A stretch of 41,352 nucleotides of DNA from Actinomycetes bacterium (GTDB taxonomy: Bacteria > Actinomycetota > Thermoleophilia > BMS3ABIN01), in the NCBI GenBank assembly GCA_021790075.1, contig JAJYIN010000002.1:1-41352 (forward strand). The letters run 5' to 3'. Below, one piece after another: positions 38,161 through 41,352 of the stretch (positions are counted from its first letter, which is position 1; each line of letters starts with the position of its first letter). A program made the position numbers and the translations under genes. The notes beneath the pieces were generated by a model. It was not told where the DNA came from and ran no database searches. It saw only the letters and a list, made by a program, of their open reading frames with translations.

Positions 38161-38242
38161 ATGTGATTGCCAAGTCAACCGGCATCCCGGCTGTTTGTTT
38201 CCGGTTCTCTACGGTTTAACCCACCCTCATTGCCAATCACAT
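38161..38242. repeat. Long-range inverted repeat in the pth-mfd intergenic region
   Basis: ATGTGATTGCCAA (38161-38173) pairs with TTGCCAATCACAT (38230-38242) at 12 of 13 positions. It encloses a nested AACCGG/CCGGTT stem (38177-38182 and 38201-38206). The right arm abuts the pth stop. Confidence 0.6.
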
Positions 38243-38841
38243 CAGGGCAGTGAGGGCCCATCGCCGCCCATTTCCGGCTCTCTGCGGTTGCACCTTCCCA
38301 TCGCCGTCTCGATGCCTTCAGCGATGATCGTTTCGACGCAGTCCGCCGCCCTTGCCAGCACCCGCCGCAGCTGCTCAGCGAGAACGTCCAGCGGGCCCAG
38401 AACCCAGTCGCTGGGATCCATTTCCGGGTCTTCGGGCCGGCCGATGCCGATCCGCACGCGGTTAAAACCATCAGTGCCCAACCGGTCGATAATGCTCACC
38501 AGGCCCTTGTGGCCGCCTGCTCCCCCGCCCTGCTTGGCCCGCACTACGCCGAAAGGAAAATCCATGTCATCATGGATCACGATGATGCGGGCGGGCGGGA
38601 TATGCTTGCCGGCGGCCGCAGCGGCCACGGCTCCCCCGGACTGGTTCATGTAGGTATGCGGGAACAGCAGGCCGGTGGCCTGCCCGCGCACGGAGTGCTC
38701 GCACCAGCGCCCCAGATAGCGGCGCCGGGTGCGTCCCATGCCACGGGTGCGGCGGAACTGGTCGGCAGCCATGAACCCGATGTTGTGCCGCGTGTCCCGG
38801 TATTCTTCCCCCGGGTTTCCCAGGCCGACGACGAGGAACAT
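38242..38841 (-). CDS. pth: Peptidyl-tRNA hydrolase
   Basis: FLVVGLGNPGEEYRDTRHNIGF and GGHKGL motifs are present. Confidence 0.93.
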   Translation of the reverse strand: MFLVVGLGNPGEEYRDTRHNIGFMAADQFRRTRGMGRTRRRYLGRWCEHSVRGQATGLLFPHTYMNQSGGAVAAAAAGKHIPPARIIVIHDDMDFPFGVVRAKQGGGAGGHKGLVSIIDRLGTDGFNRVRIGIGRPEDPEMDPSDWVLGPLDVLAEQLRRVLARAADCVETIIAEGIETAMGRCNRREPEMGGDGPSLP

Positions 38842-38850
38842 CGTTCCCGG

Positions 38851-39519
38851 CTATTCTTCGGACGGCGCCTCTTCGCCCTCGGCAGCCGGTTTCTCTTCGG
38901 CGGCTTCCGCTTCGGCTTCCACGGCCTCCTCGCCTTCCTCCGCCGGCACTTCTTCCTTCACCAGTGTTGGCGGGATGACGCTCGCAACCTGCGCCTCGAC
39001 GTCGTTGAGGATCTCGACGCCCGGCGGCGGGGTCAGGTCTGAAACCCTGATCGAGTCGCCAATCTGCATCTTTTCCACATCGAACTGGATGCTTTCGGGG
39101 ATGTCCCCAGGCAGGCAACGGATCTGAAGCTCGCGCAGGCTCTGGTCCATGACGCCGCCATCACGGACGCCGGCGGACTGGCCGGTCAGCTCCAGGCGGA
39201 CATGGGCCTCAACCGGCTTGTCCATGCGGATTTCCATGAAATCCACATGCAGCATGCCGCTGCCCGCCGGACTGGCCTGATACTCCTTGAGGATGGCCGG
39301 ATGGGATTTCTTCTTGCCCTCAAAGGTCAGGTTCAAGACGACGCTTCCGCCTTCACTGCCGAGGGCGCGCCGGAGCGCCTTTCCCTCCACGGTGAGCGCC
39401 ACGGCGTTGTTGCCGCCACTGTAAAGCACACCCGGAATCCAGCCGGTCTGGCGCATGCGGCGCGCTTCGGCGCTGCCAAAGCTGTCCCGCTCTTTGACTA
39501 TCAGTTCTATTGTCTCCAT
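38851..39519 (-). CDS. rplY: 50S ribosomal protein L25 / general stress protein Ctc, with an acidic tail
   Basis: It has the GSAEARRMRQTGWIPGVLYG-like N-terminus, a long Ctc form, and an Glu/Ala-rich C-terminus. Its position between prs and pth is conserved. Confidence 0.9.
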   Translation of the reverse strand: METIELIVKERDSFGSAEARRMRQTGWIPGVLYSGGNNAVALTVEGKALRRALGSEGGSVVLNLTFEGKKKSHPAILKEYQASPAGSGMLHVDFMEIRMDKPVEAHVRLELTGQSAGVRDGGVMDQSLRELQIRCLPGDIPESIQFDVEKMQIGDSIRVSDLTPPPGVEILNDVEAQVASVIPPTLVKEEVPAEEGEEAVEAEAEAAEEKPAAEGEEAPSEE

Positions 39520-39557
39520 TGACTCTTCAACTCCCTTGTAATAACAGGCTCATGACG

Positions 39558-40559
39558 TCAGAACAACTGGTCGTCGCCCTCGAACAGCCGGCTCACCGAC
39601 TCATCGCTGAAAACGGACTTGATCGTGTCCGCCAGGATCGAGGCGGTGGACAGAACCTTAATTTTGCTGGTCTTTTTCTCAGGATTCAAGGGGAGGGTGT
39701 CGGTAACCGCCACTTCCTCGACCTCGGATTCCTCCAGCCTTTCATAAGCCGGCCCCGAGAGCACCGCGTGCGTGGCGGTGGCGCAGACATCCCGGGCGCC
39801 CATGTTTATCAGGGCCTGGGCGCCGGCGGTGATGGTGCCGGCGGTGTCGATCATGTCGTCGACCATGATGGCGTGCTTGTCCCTGACGTCGCCGATCACT
39901 TCCATGATCTCGGCTACGTTGTGCGCCGGGCGCGTCTTGGTGAGGATGGCCAGGTCAACCGACGGGCCCAGCTTGTCGGCGAACTTCTTGGCCCGCTTGA
40001 CGCCGCCCACGTCCGGGGAGACCACCACCAGGTCCTCGGGCGCGATCTGCTTGAGGCGGAAATGCCCGGCCAGGATCGAAAGCGCCGTCATGTGATCGAC
40101 GGGGATGTTGAAAAAGCCCTGCACCTGCCCCTGGTGCAGGTCCATGGTCAGCACCCGGTCGGCCCCCGCCACCTGGAGAAGATCGGCGACCAGTTTGGCG
40201 CTGATCGGCTCGCGGCCGGCGCTCTTCTTGTCCTGGCGGCAGTAGCTGAGCCAGGGCATGACCGCGGTGATGCGGCGGGCCGAAGCCAGGCGCGCCGCCT
40301 GGATCATGATCAGGAGCTCCATCAGGTTGTCGTTCACCGGGCCGGAGGTGGACTGGATCAGGAAGACGTCGCTGCCGCGGATGTTTTCCCGGTAACGCAC
40401 GTAGACCTCGCCGTTGCTGAAGGTCTTGATCTCGATGTCTCCCAGCGAGATCTCCATCTTCTCGGCGATCTTCTCACCCAGATCCGGCACGCTGCGGCCG
40501 CAAAAAACCATCAGGCGCTTGTGTTTCGGGGTCAGGAAACTGCTCGGGGCCATGTTCAC
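39558..40559 (-). CDS. prs: Ribose-phosphate pyrophosphokinase
   Basis: DLHQGQVQGFF, VVSPDVGGVKRA and VDDMIDTAGT motifs are present. Confidence 0.95.
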   Translation of the reverse strand: MNMAPSSFLTPKHKRLMVFCGRSVPDLGEKIAEKMEISLGDIEIKTFSNGEVYVRYRENIRGSDVFLIQSTSGPVNDNLMELLIMIQAARLASARRITAVMPWLSYCRQDKKSAGREPISAKLVADLLQVAGADRVLTMDLHQGQVQGFFNIPVDHMTALSILAGHFRLKQIAPEDLVVVSPDVGGVKRAKKFADKLGPSVDLAILTKTRPAHNVAEIMEVIGDVRDKHAIMVDDMIDTAGTITAGAQALINMGARDVCATATHAVLSGPAYERLEESEVEEVAVTDTLPLNPEKKTSKIKVLSTASILADTIKSVFSDESVSRLFEGDDQLF

Positions 40560-40587
40560 TCCTCTTAAACTTTGTCAAGTAACGGAA

Positions 40588-41352
40588 TTACGGTTTCCCC
40601 TCTTTTTCCTTGCCGGAAAACTTCTTCCGGGCGTATCCCTCGATATTCCGCTGGCGGGCTCTGGCGATGCCCAGCGCGTCCGCGGGCACGTCGCCGGTGA
40701 TCACCGAACCGGCGCCCGTCATGGAGCCGTCTCCCACCTTGACCGGCGCCACGAACACCGTGCCGGCCCCCGTGTGCACCCGGTCGCCGATCTCCGTGCG
40801 GTACTTGCGGATACCGTCGTAGTTGGCGGTGATATTGCCGGCCCCGATATTGGTGTCTTTCCCGATGGCGGTGTCGCCCACATAACTCAGATGCGGCACC
40901 TTGCTGCCCGCCCCCACCGAGCTGTTTTTGATCTCCACGAAGGCGCCGGCCTTGGCGCCCTCTTCCAGATGGGCTCCCGGACGCAGATACGCGAACGGGC
41001 CCACGTTGCAGCCGCTGCCGATCCGGGCGCCGCTGACGTAAGACGAAACCAGGCTGACGCCGTCGTCGATGACCGTATCGATGACCGTGGACGAGGGACC
41101 GATGACGCAGTTCTCGCCCACCGACGTGGAGCCCGACAGCATGGTCATCGGCTCCAGAACCGTGTCGCGGCCGATGGTTACCCCCGCCTCCACGTAAGTG
41201 GTCTCCGGATCGGTCACAGTGACGCCCTGGAGCATGTGGCGCTCCAGAACCCGGCGCCGCATCACAGCTCCCGCCCGGGCCAGGTCCGCGCGCGAATTGA
41301 CGCCGATGACAGCCTCCGGATCATCCACCTGTTGGGCCAGCACCGCCAGGCC
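40588..41352 (-). CDS. glmU: Bifunctional GlmU, C-terminal acetyltransferase (left-handed beta-helix) portion. The 5' part lies outside the window
   Basis: It shows hexapeptide repeats and NYDGIRKYRTEIGDRVHTGAG. The frame stays open to the window edge. Confidence 0.9.
   Translation of the reverse strand, partial: GLAVLAQQVDDPEAVIGVNSRADLARAGAVMRRRVLERHMLQGVTVTDPETTYVEAGVTIGRDTVLEPMTMLSGSTSVGENCVIGPSSTVIDTVIDDGVSLVSSYVSGARIGSGCNVGPFAYLRPGAHLEEGAKAGAFVEIKNSSVGAGSKVPHLSYVGDTAIGKDTNIGAGNITANYDGIRKYRTEIGDRVHTGAGTVFVAPVKVGDGSMTGAGSVITGDVPADALGIARARQRNIEGYARKKFSGKEKEGKP

Overview
This is a high-G+C, densely coding prokaryotic chromosomal window of about 45 genes. I recognised no rRNA, tRNA, CRISPR array or transposase.

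Layout:
- (i) 1-3.5 kb: the tail of a membrane ATPase-like gene, then a DEAH/DUF1998 (MrfA/SftH-type) helicase co-transcribed with a LOG/TIGR00725-like protein. A repeat-rich leader of about 300 nt follows, then a stand-alone 41-aa peptide gene whose N-terminal half matches the lasso/RRE-type leader motif.
- (ii) 3.5-20.2 kb, entirely on the minus strand: a haem/cytochrome super-cluster.
  - Haem synthesis: cobA-hemD fusion, AhbC, AhbD and AhbA/B (siroheme-dependent alternative haem pathway).
  - Next: a small dihaem cytochrome, a GT-C-type membrane glycosyltransferase and a SAM methyltransferase.
  - A 640-nt low-GC non-coding spacer.
  - A secreted hexahaem cytochrome with an OmcS-like motif layout, followed by a lipoprotein, a TPR protein and an NHL-propeller protein.
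  - ResB and ResC (System II maturation), precorrin-2 dehydrogenase/ferrochelatase, hemA and hemC.
- (iii) 20.3-22.2 kb: HAD phosphatase, SurE and an FmdB zinc ribbon protein.
- (iv) 22.5-29.1 kb, plus strand: a membrane-lipid island. It holds translationally coupled GT4, CE4 deacetylase and MprF-like flippase-domain genes (HexSDF-like), then a three-gene split 2-hydroxyacyl-CoA-dehydratase/BCR-like system with its own ATPase activase (PlsA/PlsR-like).
- (v) 29.2-41.35 kb: a housekeeping block of trxA, eno, mazG, two tandem PrsA/SurA-like lipoprotein PPIases, mfd, pth, ctc, prs and a partial glmU.

The glmU-prs-ctc-pth-mfd synteny, the lipoprotein foldases and System II maturation suggest a Firmicutes/Actinobacteria-like anaerobe. 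That is inference only.

The strongest candidate for a new system is the OmcS-like cytochrome module. It carries NHL/TPR/lipoprotein accessories and a GT-C/methyltransferase pair, and it sits inside a self-contained haem supply and maturation cluster. Secondary candidates are the orphan RiPP-like peptide with its phased repeat leader, and the HexSDF-like plus PlsAR-like lipid island.

All family assignments come from motif recognition by eye. No database search was run.
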